A DNA stretch of 64,000 nt from Bugula neritina (taxonomy: Eukaryota; Animalia; Bryozoa): the NCBI GenBank assembly GCA_964035545.1, contig OZ037770.1, positions 14,746,642 to 14,810,641 of the forward strand, written 5' to 3'. The notes under the pieces were generated by a model, which saw only the letters and a list, made by a program, of their open reading frames with translations, was not told where the DNA came from and searched no databases. A program made the position numbers and the translations under genes. Positions 1 to 12,750 of the stretch are shown piece by piece; position 1 is the first letter of the stretch; each line of letters opens with the position of its first letter.

Positions 1-329
1 ATATAGTATGATCTACAGTTTGCCAAAAGTTTTATGATGATTTTTCTCACGAGAAGTGTATTGAAGTTTTAATTAACAAAATAAGCCAACGAATCGAAAA
101 AAACCTTACCATGATTAAACAAATTTCACTGAAAGCTTGTTATAAAATATACCCTTTAAAGATTGTATTATAATATAAAGGTTATTTTGTGATTTCAATG
201 AGAATTGTACAATAAACTTCTAGTTGGAAATTGTCTCGCACAGCCATTTTTATCTTAGAGGAAAACTAACAAACATTTATTTTAATTACAATTTGCCAAA
301 AATTTAATTATTTTTATTGCATTTTGCAG

Positions 330-455
330 TCCACTATTAATAGACTTGAAGGAAAACATTACAGTAACTGTACAAATGATCTCTACACTCAAGATGACGT
401 TAGTCCTGGTCTCTACACTCAGCTGGTATAAGTATAATCTCAGGCTAAACTTTTA

Positions 456-496
<41 letters not shown>

Positions 497-2518
497 CGAA
501 AGAAATAGAAAATTTGCTACGTAGCCTGAGTTCTTTATTGAACATTTAGCAAGTTTTACTCACTTTAGGGGTGCTACAGAAGCTGCTTACAAAGACTCTC
601 CATAGAGAAATGTGGATGTGCAAACCTCCGCTATAGAATACCAGCTTCATCTGCTGCATGCTCAGATTTCACTACTGGTATGACAACTCCGAATGTATTA
701 GTTTAAATTATGACAAAGTCAATTTTAATTTAGTGTTAGATAAAACCGGCATACGGTTATAGTATGGTACTCTAAACAATTGTTAGCATGTTTATATTTG
801 ATTGCTGTAGATAAATACTCTACAATGTTTATCTTTTGATGTATAGTAATTATATAAAATTATTTCTCTGTCAACTTTATTTGGATTAGCGACTGTAATT
901 TAAAAGTTATAAAATGATCAAACTATTTGGTTAGTAAGAATTAACTAAATCATATAGTAATCTAACCAATAAACTTTAAGATTATTCTTAAAACACATTT
1001 TATCTAACAGATCGTATTTTTGCTATAGTTGGTAATTTTACTCAACAGGTTTAATAGTAATACCAGTTTCTTGTGGAATTTATTTACAGGAATTTGTGTT
1101 CGAGATGTAGAAATAAATATTGTGTATGAGAAGGACTGTGCTTGTCCCCCTCCTTGTAAAGAAGATGAATATCACTACACCATCTCTACCAGCGAATGGC
1201 CTTCAGTCAAGTATGGAGTGAGTCACCTTTAGGTTCTGCTACGGCGATTTGTCCACTGTTGAATTATACATTATTTCAAACATCACCCAGCCTGTTAACC
1301 TGTTAAAAACAAAGCAAAGTAATTTAAATTTGTCACAAAGCTTGTTTCCTTACCTTATAAATAATATTTACTTAGTTTATGAAAAGCATTGTCAAAGCAT
1401 GCAGCTACATGTAACTGTTGTATCTTTGTTTTAAAGTTACAATGAAATTAAATAATTCATGCAAATGTTTCTTTGAATAATATGCTTATTTGTTTTTTAA
1501 ATTTAAAAAACAGCCAAAAATTAGAAAAATGATGTTAGAAAGAAGCAAATCTCTCAACATTTCCTTTGCAAACACTTCAAGGTGAGACTGCATTACGTAA
1601 TAACTCTATTTACTAAAGAATTGTATATTCATTATAGTTGAGGTTAAAATACGACTTGCTCTTTAATAAAACATTGAAAGTTGTTTTATGAATTTGTGGA
1701 ACTTGATAACAGTACTAACACTCTCGGTAGGCATGTTGAATACACATGCTCATTGTGATAGAGTTGATTATTAAAAATTACTACACATGATAGCTAACTT
1801 GCCCCTTGAGTTATACCTTTATAAGCATGTCACACTTTGTACTTACCTTAATACAAATGTTAAATATACATTCTTTGTCTATGTAATTTGAAATTTCCAG
1901 AGTAAAATTTAGATTTACTTTATGATGTAAGAGAATATCCCATAGTTTGTATTACTTTTATTTAAAGTATAAAGGAAGAACTTACAAGCATAGATATATA
2001 CTTTGAAACTCTCAACTATCAAGTGTACACTGAACGGGCAAGCATGACCGTAAGTCTACCATAATTTTCTTTCTTAATGCGCTGCCAAAGCAATATTTTC
2101 ATGACAAGACACTAGGTAACTGCAAATGCTTGCTGATTTTCTTGCTGCATTTATACAAATTATTAAAAACTATTTAAATGATTTTTGTTTTTTCTTTTCA
2201 CTTTGGTTTGTACAACCAAAACACAAAGTAACTCAAAAATATACTCAAGTCTTTTTAAAGCTTTGTTATTGCAGTATTTTTATATTCATCTCAATAACTG
2301 AATAAGTTTATTGAAAGCTGGTTTACACTGTAGATTATGATATTCATAGCAGTAATGCTTATTTTTGTCTTCAGTTGGAAGATCTGATAGGTAGCATTGG
2401 CGGCCATCTTGGATTATGGATTGGAATGTCTGTGATATCTTTCATGGAGATATTCGAATTGATTGCTGGACTCTTTGCAGTCTGTGGGAAATACTTATAC
2501 AGAAAAAGACGCTCTTAA
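330..2518 (+). CDS. DEG/ENaC (amiloride-sensitive sodium channel family) subunit, 3' part. Exons 330-425, 569-677, 1090-1217, 1514-1581, 1968-2049, 2375-2518; 5' end lies outside the window
   Basis: Phase-consistent GT-AG splicing gives STINRLEGKHYSNCTND..YTQL/GCYRSCLQRLSIEKCGC.../CACPPPCKEDEYHYTISTSEWPS.../IDIYFETLNYQVYTERASMT/LEDLIGSIGGHLGLWIGMSVISFMEIFELIAG...RKRRS*. This contains the Cys-rich thumb, WPS motif, and TM2 with the G-x-S filter. Confidence 0.93.
460..493. repeat. (TA)n microsatellite
   Basis: Pure TA run in an intron. Confidence 0.95.
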
Positions 2519-3161
2519 TTTATTCTAATAATGAATTATAATGAACTTTTCTGATACTAGCTCCTTACAAGTGATTATTTTATAAAAGACAATCTTTTTG
2601 AGTTCTGGCAATCTCAATTATGTGAATATATTACTGTGAGTGAAAGACTATATTAAGAACAGCTAAATGTCTTCGTTGAGATATGACTATATCAAATATA
2701 GTTTATATTCTATGGCCAATTGTTTTTTAAATATATATTATAGCTAACAACTATTTATCTAATGATCAAAGTTAAACGTTTTATATGTTTAGTGGTTTGG
2801 ACTTTTATATAATATACTTTTAATCTCTAATAGTATGTCATATTGAGCAGTATTGCGAACTTGCTATCTTTTATTTCAAATGAAATATTTATAAACTTCT
2901 GTCAGCAAAAAACAATGATGATTGAAAACTATGAAAAATCTGATGCTCCTAAAAATCCCTAAATGCATATTCTCTAAAATTTCATTTAATAAATAAAACA
3001 ATGTTTTGTTCAATCCCTTGTGACTTATTTGGATGTATATTTTATGATTGATGCACTCAAACACATAAAGTTGTTGTGAAAGGAACCAACTACCATTTGA
3101 GAATAAGGATTCAAAGCTTTTACACATGTTTCTGTATCTCTTACATAAGTACAGCAACGCA

Positions 3162-3494
3162 ATGAGAGGTTCTGTTTACAAAGCAGTAACAATACTAGTT
3201 GTTCAGTTTATGTTTGTTTCTATGACAGAAATGTTTCAGCCGCGGTATAAGATTAAAGAGATTGAAGACCAAAGCCAGCCTCTTCCTGGACTCATACAAA
3301 CCAAACCAGGTAACTCAGTCTACGACTGAACAACTTTCAGAACTTTTTAAAAAATGTAGTGTTTTGAAACAATAAAAATGTCTGTAATAATTTTTTTAAA
3401 TTACTGTTTATCACCCAAAATTAAAAAAATGTGAAGAAGCGAATTTATTTTGAACATCTTTAGGATATTTCCGAATAAAGATTATATAAAACTG

Positions 3495-3591
<97 letters not shown>

Positions 3592-6006
3592 CAATGTGGT
3601 GATTTCTTTAATTGATGCATATATACAACAGCCCGCTCCATGGCAGATTGTGCGATACAATGTAGCCTTCACAGTGATGAATGCCAAGCAGGCATATTTG
3701 AGAGTTCCCACAAAGTTTGCACACTGTTAGAGAAAACTCTAAGTGAAGTTAAGGGTGCAGTAGCCAGCGGAACCATCTACTTTGAAGACTTCTTTTCTAT
3801 ACCTGGTAAGTCAATTCTAATTAATCAGTCTACATTATTTTATATAATGTTAATTTATTATGTTCTTACAAATATGTTTGAGTTAAAACTTTAACTACAG
3901 CAATCACATATTATAATAATAGGCAATGTTACCTATATTATGAAAAGCCTTTTATTAGCATTGATGATGATAAAAAATTGCTTTACATTTTGTAGATAAT
4001 TTTGTAAATAAGACTTTCACTGATGTTCTTGAATTTCAAAGTATGAAAACATACTCATACTGGCCTCTCTGCCTTGCTGCCTGTACAGCTGATAGTTTCT
4101 GTGCTGCGGCATCGTTTGACACAAACACACGAGCTTGTTACTTTTCTGTGGAGTCAAAAGTGTTGGTCTACTCGGAACCTAGTGATATTGGCAGACTGTG
4201 TTTTGTGAAGAAAGAGTATTTAAGCCAGCTCATGGTTTCTAACATTTCAACCAAACTAGCACGAGGTTAGCTTAAAACTCTCGTACCTAATTGAAAAATA
4301 TTTGCCCTCACTGGGAATCGAACCCGAGACCTCTGGCTTACAAGCAAGTGTGCTAACTATTACACCACAGGAACCACTGGGTAAACTCAACACTACATCC
4401 CACCCAGTTCTCTGAACTTCACTGGCCTCTTTACTGCTCTTTCAGTATTCAGGCTCAGTGTAGGGCCACACGACGCGTTTTATGTGAGCGTGACGTGCTA
4501 AAAATTCCATTAGAATACACGCTAGTGACCTGCCACACACAGTGCATGTGTTGCGAGTGCAAAAAATTATTAGCCAATGATGTTAGCGTTAAACTTTACT
4601 GCTAGCCTACAGATGTTTGTTTTTGAACTACGTCATCGGATTTGGATATTATAAAAGCGGAAATGCAAACTATATAAAACTGTTTTAACTCAGCTCGCTA
4701 GAAGTTAAATCATAAATTAAGATAAGAAAATGTGCTCGTTAATTATTACATGGTAATAAGCCAATTAGATCAAGCGTGTTGCACAAGCGTGTCGCACTTC
4801 TCGCTCAGCATGTTAGACGCTTTAAAATCCGCACCCAATGTCCAATTTTTGGGCTAAATGGGATTTCTCGCACGTCACACTCGTAAGACGCGTTGTGTGG
4901 CCCTACACTAAAAGCTGATATAACTTGCAAAATAGTTGTCCCTACTAGGAATTGCACCCGAGTCCTTTGGCTTGCAAGCAAGTGTGCTACCATTACACCA
5001 TGGAAGCCACTGGGTAAACTCGACACTACAGTAGTTTGTATATTCTATATTCAAATGGTCTTCAGTGTTCAGTGCTATAGTTAATAGTTAAGTAATTTTA
5101 TCTAGCTATAAATAGTGAAACATCTATAACAAAGTTTTGCTTCATCAGCTGTTGTACGTTTCCAGAACTTGTTCTGACAGAATACAAGTTTTATATTTTG
5201 TTTAAATTCTCAAGAAAATTAGGTCATTATTGTCGTCTTTGCGTGAAATAGTATTTAAACTTTCAATCTCTTTTCTTAAAGATGAAGCAACAACTAAATT
5301 AGTTTAGAGATGCAACACCTGCTGCAAAATATTTGCCCCCACAGGGATTCGAACCACAGGCGCGCAAGCTAATTACACCACAGGGGCTGCTGGGTTAACT
5401 CAACATTACACCTGAATTAGCTTTTGTTGTAAAAATGCTCTAAGTTAATTTGATGATTATTTTGTGCAGGAAAGCACATATCCATGTCTACTCAACATGG
5501 CCACACCTTCTCTCCGTATGATGCTATAGATGGAATCTATCTCCCCTCTCAACACCATGTAAATGAAGGCTTCAGCTTAGCTCTTACCCTGCGACAGCTG
5601 TCTCCATGGATTCAGGTAGATATGGAAAGCAGCCATCTTGTGTATGGTGTCAAGATTTGGTGGCGTTCCGAGAATAACCGTCCAAGTGAGTCGATGGTTT
5701 TGATTGTCACGCATTCTAACAAAAGCAGTAAATATTTATGTGTGCAAATTTTAAATCTAAAATAATTTTTAAACAGACGAGTATTTGAAACTGACTCATA
5801 CCAGAGTGACAGTTAACGAAATTGATGATAACTCATCAGAAGGTCAAATCTGCACCGACCTTTCGAGACCACCGTCGTCTAGCATCTTCTTTGTGACATG
5901 CCAGACTAGAATAAATGGAAGCTTTGTCAGAATAACAGGTGTTGAAATAAATGATAAACTTAAAATCTACGAGCTTGAAATTCATGGACTCGAGTTTAAA
6001 GATTAG
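3162..6006 (+). CDS. Secreted protein with two PAN/apple-like domains and a C-terminal F-type lectin (fucolectin/F5-8C-like) domain. Exons 3162-3309, 3632-3805, 3996-4265, 5470-5685, 5777-6006
   Basis: Hydrophobic leader [20 protein letters not shown]. Two PAN cysteine patterns (CAIQC..C....C; CLAAC..C....C..CF). Then [12 protein letters not shown]...AIDG...PWIQVDM...VKIWWR...C...C...GSFVRI...IYELEIHG, typical of F-type lectin domains. All four introns are phase 1. Confidence 0.8.
3497..3588. repeat. (TA)n microsatellite
   Basis: Pure TA run; source of the spurious IYIYIY ORFs. Confidence 0.95.
4302..4397 (-). mobile_element. tRNA-derived short interspersed repeat, copy 1
   Basis: Reverse complement reads TGTAGTGTTGAGTTTACCCAGT followed by a tRNA-like body with A box (TGGTGTAATAG) and B box (GGTTCGATTCC). 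Homologous to the copies at 4936, 5333, 11130 and 29145. Confidence 0.8.
4457..4909. mobile_element. MITE-like non-autonomous DNA transposon with ~50-bp terminal inverted repeats
   Basis: Left end AGTGTAGGGCCACACGACGCGTTTTATGTGAGCGTGACGTGCTAAAAATTCCATT matches the reverse complement of the right end, AGTGTAGGGCCACACAACGCGTCTTACGAGTGTGACGTGCGAGAAATCCCATT. Interior has no recognisable coding content. Confidence 0.8.
4936..5030 (-). mobile_element. tRNA-derived short interspersed repeat, copy 2
   Basis: Same leader and tRNA-like body as 4302-4397. Confidence 0.8.
5333..5410 (-). mobile_element. tRNA-derived short interspersed repeat, copy 3 (internally deleted)
   Basis: Leader (+ strand CTGGGTTAACTCAACATTACA) and B box GGTTCGAATCC are present; the anticodon arm is deleted. 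Confidence 0.7.
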
Positions 6007-7367
6007 AGTATATCGTCAGTAGAATTGAAATAATTATTATCAATTCTAAAAGAGCTATATAAATTAAACTCAACTATGTAATTCAAAGAAAAAGATATTC
6101 ATTAATTTTAGAATACATAATTGATAACTACGTTGAAGAATATCTTTTTATAATTATTATTATTTAATGATCATTTCATTAAATAATAATGGTCATATTA
6201 TTAATTTTTTTTTAAAGTATAATCAATGTTAGGTCATTCACATCACAGTTAAAAAATGCTAGTAAATTTATTATATATATTACCAATCAATACTGGTACA
6301 TATATTTACCTATATTGAAAGAAATTGCACAAATTATTTCATATGTATAGTTTGAGTAAATTATAGCTATTTTTCATATATTTTGATGAAATATGCGGCA
6401 CATTAAATATTGCATAACAACTGCACCAAGCCCAGCTGTACATTACATATAACATTAATAATATAATATATTTGTCATTCAGGTACATAATTAACTGTTT
6501 TGCTGCACAACTACTATTATAAGCGATGGCTGCTAAATTTAGTACTGCTATTTTAATTGTCTGCAAACGTTTTTCTATTGAAGCTATTCTTTCAATTGCA
6601 ATTTTTCTTACCAAACTGTTTGACCTTTAACAACAGAGTTTAGTTGTGTTGATGTGAAATGATAAAATACTAATAATATTATAGGTTTTTTAAATTACCA
6701 TATTTTTTATTTTGGCCATTACCTATATTAGAGTTTAAGTTATATTTCTACAGAAAAAAATGCTATTTAAACTGTCTGAAATATGAAATTAAGTTTTACT
6801 AAAATGAAATAAATGCTTTCATTAAATATCAAAGTCCAATTAACAATGGCAGCTAGTTTATGAGTAACCACCAATTTGAACCTTTTTCTTAAAATCTTTC
6901 ACTAATTGACTTATGCTAAACTAAGTGAAGTTTAAAATTGCCTAAATTAAATCTTTCTATAACCAAGTGCATGTTCAGGTAGATTTAATAAATTATAAAA
7001 TGACAATAAAAAATATAAAACTTTTTTGTGCAGAAATATACAATTTTACTGCATGCTTATAATCATTTACTAGGTATCGTGCTTATATAGGTGTTCATAC
7101 AAGTTTTAAAAGATTTTATTTGGATCAAGATGACGTGCTACATCCAAGTTTAATATCAGTTAAACGCAAAGGTTTTAAAATCTAAACTTAGCTTTTAGCT
7201 TCAGGCACCTCTTTGCAGATTTAAAATTAAAAATAATTAATTAACTTAAGCAGTTTCCCATTTGCTTTCTATATAGCTGCTTATACTTAATAGCAGAATT
7301 GTTCTTATTCTATTCAGGAGCTGTAATAAATGCTTCCATAAATCTTATGATCATTAATATTGCAATC

Positions 7368-7487
<120 letters not shown>

Positions 7488-7927
7488 TTATAATTGTATA
7501 ATATTATATAGATAATATATTATATACTTATGTAATATTATATAATCATTTAATATTAAATATATAAGAAGCTATTTATACTTCTTTAATCATAATCAAC
7601 TTTATTTCAACCTCAAAGCTACAATCAATAATTTTTACGATATTCTATAAGTTGATGAACATAATATCTATATATAAGAATATTTTTAATTTATTACATG
7701 TGTAGGAATTTTTTTTTAATATTATATAAAATGCTTCTGATACAATGGTAATTTTGTAACTGTGTTAATTGTAAAAGATACATAAGTTGTAATTACTGTT
7801 AGCCTGTATATAATTACTGACTTAAATATTATAAAAATATTTTTATTGTAACAACTAGTTTTGCATATGAGCTACAAATAAAATAAACTCTATTGTCTTT
7901 CTTCCTTTTACTAATAATATTGATGAA

Positions 7928-10900
7928 TCAAATAGCATATGATCTACAAGCTCCTCTCGTCCCTTGAGTAGGGGGTGTTCCATTTTTTGAGATCGCTCCC
8001 TTCATCAGCTGGGGAAGGTCCGATGAAAAGTATTTTTGGTGATCATGTAAAAAGCAATCTGGATGAACGCAAAACCCATCCTTTTCTAAGCAACCATTTT
8101 CAGCCTATAAAACAACAAAAATATTTGCAAATAAAACTAATGATATTGAATTGTACCAGTCATAGTAATTTCATATTTTCAGTAAATATGTGTATATATA
8201 TAAAAAAGAAATGCTGCACTTTGTTACAAAAGTATATATAAATAGGTCCTATTTGGGTTTAAAGTCGTGGCCTGCAATAAATGAGATGTAAAAATGTTTT
8301 TATTTTGTAAGCAAGTTTTATTACTATAATAAACATAGTAAATTTAATATCTTGCATAATTTTTTTGCAGTATCTATAATTGCCACTTATGGCTTTCTAT
8401 AGAAAATAGCATTAACCAGAAAGATGCACAAAGTTTCCTCACTTAGACCCTGTTTGCTTGAAAAATAGACTACGGTTCCTAACAAATAATAGTTTTTTTG
8501 AGTGACGGGTCGTTTACAAAATGCTCATGCAGTAACTTTATTTAAGCATGTTTCTCGGACTTCACCAGCTCTGCATATAACTAATTAAAGGTACTAAAGT
8601 ATAGCGCCCATGAGATTGACATGCTCATTAATATATGCAAGTATTTTTTATAAATTATGTATAAATTGCGTCTCTTAACATTACCATAATATATATGAAC
8701 ATAACAAAACTACATTTCTAACTATAATATAAACCAGAAAATTTACCTCATTTGACATGCATATCTTGTGAGCAGTTGCGGATGTCATAATACCAGATCC
8801 ACTGTAGTACACCTCTCTTCTGGTGTGATAACAAGAGTTAGGAAGGCTGATGAGAATAGTGCTTTTTAGTACTATCAGTGGTATAGGGTCATTCTTTCTC
8901 GTTATTCTCCAGCTGTTACCTAGCAACTGGTAAACAAGAAACCTTTACTAATGTTTTTTTCAAGATAAGCCACTCTAAGCTGTAACTATAAATCAATTAT
9001 TTTTAACTTCATAAGTTTTATTTTAGTGTATAATTGCATTATTTAGTAATGGTTCAAGGAAAAGCTCTGCAGTATAAGAATGGTTACGATGCTTTTGGCG
9101 TGGGGTGAATTTAAACTTATAAACACACAGAAATAAGCCTTTAACTAATGATTTCTTTCATATTTTCCCAGCTGTAAAAAATGACAGGAAAACTCCAAAA
9201 TATATTCAAGCTACTAGTTAGTGATAATGTTCTAGTGAAAGTGCTTTAAAAAGATTTATGAAAGCCTTGTGACTGTTTAATAGTGAAATACCTTAGGAAA
9301 CAATTAATATCTAAATAATAATAGATTACTTATTGAATATAATATAATTCCACCATCATCATTGTTTTACTGAATTGTGCTGCACAGCATGATGAAGAGG
9401 TTCTGTTGTCTCACACTTATATACTTACTCTCTTGACACTTGTATATATTACTTTAGTTTATAAAACTCTCAGCTTACCCTGTCATATCCATAAGCAAAG
9501 TCTTTATCCCCCACTCTGGGAGAACCAAAGGTGTAGACATGCAGCTTATCCGAGGAGACAACTCCATCTTTTACCAGATGAGCTGCACCTAGCTGTGCTT
9601 GAGCTCCTCCTAGGAATAATTGAAAAAAATAGGAGGTAGTCATTTTATTAACTCAAAAATGTTGGGCAATTTCTTATTTGTTTTGCACACTATGATGCTT
9701 TACAGACTTTAATTGCATTTATTTTAATAGATTTCAACATCATTGGATAATATTATTAAGAATACTTCTAACCTAAAGAGTGTCCAGTAACCATGACCTC
9801 TGCTGTAGGTTGAGCTGTAAGAAGTTCTTCTAGCAAAGACTTAACGCAAGGGTACAATGCGTCATGTGTTTTCTTGTTGTACTCCAAAATCTGAAAGCAT
9901 TATTAGATAATAGTATCAACAAAAATTTGGATAATAAATAATTAATTTAAATTGTTATAAGAATAAATTAGATAACAATTATTAATAAATAATCGCTCTA
10001 AATAGCCCTGTTTATGAGTTAAACATGTGATTGTTTTCAAGAAATATGCAAATTTTAACCTTTCCACCAGTTGGATCAAAGCTTTTTAAACCAGCAAAAC
10101 TTAGCACAAACTGCTCAGTTAGTTGGGCTGGTGAAGAGGTCCCCTCAAAAGCTATAATGATTCTGTCATCAGCCAGAGACTTGGCTATCACTGCTGAACA
10201 GAAGTCAAATTGGAAGATCCAATCACAGTCTACTGTTAAAAACTCCACAACCTATAATGATTGTATAAACACACATAGACTTTTAATGTTTATTTTAGAA
10301 CAGAATCTTATTAAGTCTTACAGTTATGTGCCTTTCAAAGTAGTGATATTACAACTAAATCGACTACAATAAAATAGAGATAAGAGTTTACAACAATAAC
10401 CAAATTTATGCACGCTTTATAGAGTTTAAAATAATATAAATCAAAATAAATAGTTAGAATATATAGCAAAATTTTAAACACAATTTATAGTGGCGATAAA
10501 TAGATGAATAATAATAAAAGAAATGATATCTACAACGTAAAGCCTCAAACTCAAAACATACACTAATAATTTAATTTGACAAGCACTAATTTTAGCACAC
10601 ATCATTGACTTTATTTTTTAGTATTAAAAATACAATACTTTTCACTCAAGAGTTACATTTTTAAAATAAAATACTTTTAAAAAGTATGATTATTTTTAAA
10701 TTTTAAATCTTGAGTGGAAATGATAAAAAACTACTGACAATAATTAGATTTGTTTAATTACTAAACTTGTTGAGAAGGAATTTAATTTAAAAACTCACAC
10801 CACAAGTTTACTAAGACAGTACCTGGTAGTTGCTCCCAAATTGTGCCGAGACTGCAGATTGGATAGATGCTTTGTCATATACTTTGGGATCCACATAAGA

Positions 10901-11405
10901 TAAAGATGACCACTTAGCAAGTTCTTCTGCCAGTGCTGGGTCAAAGGTCATTGGAGGGTCAGCAATACTAGAGCACTGAGCTGATGATTTTGCTAGCTGA
11001 CTTCCTTTACAATCAGTATCAGCTGAAACATTACTTGAATATCAAAAGAAGTCAAGTGAAAGAAACCAAATGCCCAAATTTTGCATACAGTTTGAAAAAC
11101 TTAAGTTTAAGTTAGAAGGTGTAAAATAATTGCCCCCACTGTGATTCGAACCACAGACATGCAAGCAGGCGTGCTAACCAATTACACCACGGAAATTACT
11201 GAGTTATCTCAACACTACAGAAAGGATGATGCTTACGGATTCCGCTAATATGACAGGAGTTAGTGAGGGGACACCACACGCAGCTCTTTTTAGTGAACAG
11301 AATCTTGATGCTGGAGCTAGAGCAAGTATCACAGTCTTGGTGCTGACTGCATGCTAGGGCAGCAGTCACTAAAGTCAACAGTATCACACTTTGCTTTGTA
11401 TCCAT
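7928..11405 (-). CDS. Secreted class-3 lipase with an N-terminal PSI-like Cys-rich domain. Exons 11405-11237, 11022-10823, 10251-10060, 9890-9773, 9609-9479, 8926-8747, 8104-7928
   Basis: Signal peptide MDTKQSVILLTLVTAALA; CSQHQDCDTC...CVWCPLTNSC...C (PSI pattern); IIIAFEGT; nucleophile elbow VTGHSLGG; YTFGSPRVGD; RKNDPIP (catalytic Asp); DHQKYF (catalytic His). All splice phases are consistent. Confidence 0.92.
11130..11219 (-). mobile_element. tRNA-derived short interspersed repeat, copy 4
   Basis: Reverse complement TGTAGTGTTGAGATAACTCAGT...TGGTGTAATTGGTTAGCACGCCTGCTTGCA...GGTTCGAATC; lies in lipase intron 1. Confidence 0.75.
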
Positions 11406-12554
11406 ACTTCTACCTTTAACTATAGTATAATGTATCTTATGAATGAAATGCAAACAATAGAACCTAAAGTTTGCAAAACACTTGCTACACAATTATTGAA
11501 AAAAAATTAAGCATGCAATTTGCTCATTTGAAAGGCTTTAGTTAAAAAATAAAATATATAAATATAAATATTGCATGAGGTTAGGAGCCTATATTGTATT
11601 GTCTACTTATAAATTTCTATAGCAAGTCTAATAATTAAAACAAATTTGTCATGCATAGAAACTTGTATAGTTAAATTTTAATTTTGAAAAATTTATAGGA
11701 ATTTACCTTAGTATATTGGAGAAAATTTCTACACTGTTTACTTCATGCATAAGTTGAATATGTGGAATATTTGAAAACAATGTTTTCTTTTATATACAAA
11801 AAGTAATAAAATCACAACGTCATAGACTTATGCATCATTACCTCACTGATTACCAAATGTTATTTAGATGTCACAATACGTTATTGCGTAATCTCAGCTA
11901 TAATATATAAAAGGGATGATTGCAAAACTTTTGCTTTTCGTATGTCAAGCTGCCCGTAAAAGATTTTTTAGTTGTGCCAACTGTTTCGTAATCAAGTAAA
12001 AGAGCATCAACACGTTGCAAACAGAAATTTGAGTGAAGTGTTGCATAATATAAACATGATGAGGTTATACTCACTGATGCATATATTATGATGTGCATAA
12101 TCATATTAGCAAAATACTCCATAAAATTTGGCACAAAGCAGTAGCAGCTGCTTCGATGCATCTTGTTGTATATTTGCTATTTATAAATTCTACTTTAGAA
12201 CTATATTGATATTACTGTTGATGTTACAAGAAAGACAACAATTAAAATTTGAATGAAAAAGTTGTTAGTGTATATATAGCTAGCTGTCTCTATGTATTCT
12301 CAAATGAATGGAAGTTTTCTTATTGATTCAACATGCTATGTACTGTGTTACTTTTTTGGAAGCGAAAGACTCATTTAAAGAGTCTTGTCTTGTTTTTTTT
12401 ACTAATTTTCCACTTTAGAAATTTTCAAATTTGGCCAACTCTTTTCATCATGTTGTTTTGAGTTACATTCTCTATCTTGTCTTTCTTACAAAGCTTGCAC
12501 TATTTTAATTATACAGTATTTAGATATAACAACTTGATGTATATAGCTTATGCT

Positions 12555-12750
12555 GTTATATTATATTCTATTATACTACATTATGTTATGTTACATTATA
12601 TTATATTATATTGTATTATATTGCATTATATTATATTCTATTATATTATATATTAATGTTTGATATTATATTATATTATTATATTATATTCTATTATATT
12701 TTATCATATTATATTACATATTATATTATGTCATGTTATATTATATTAAT
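12555..12750. repeat. Degenerate (TATTA)n low-complexity repeat
   Basis: Visible 5-bp periodicity. Confidence 0.8.

Noticed and set aside
3411-3711. ORFs with IYIYIY runs (also 7299-7493 and 54457-54669)
   Set aside because: Translations of (TA)n microsatellites.
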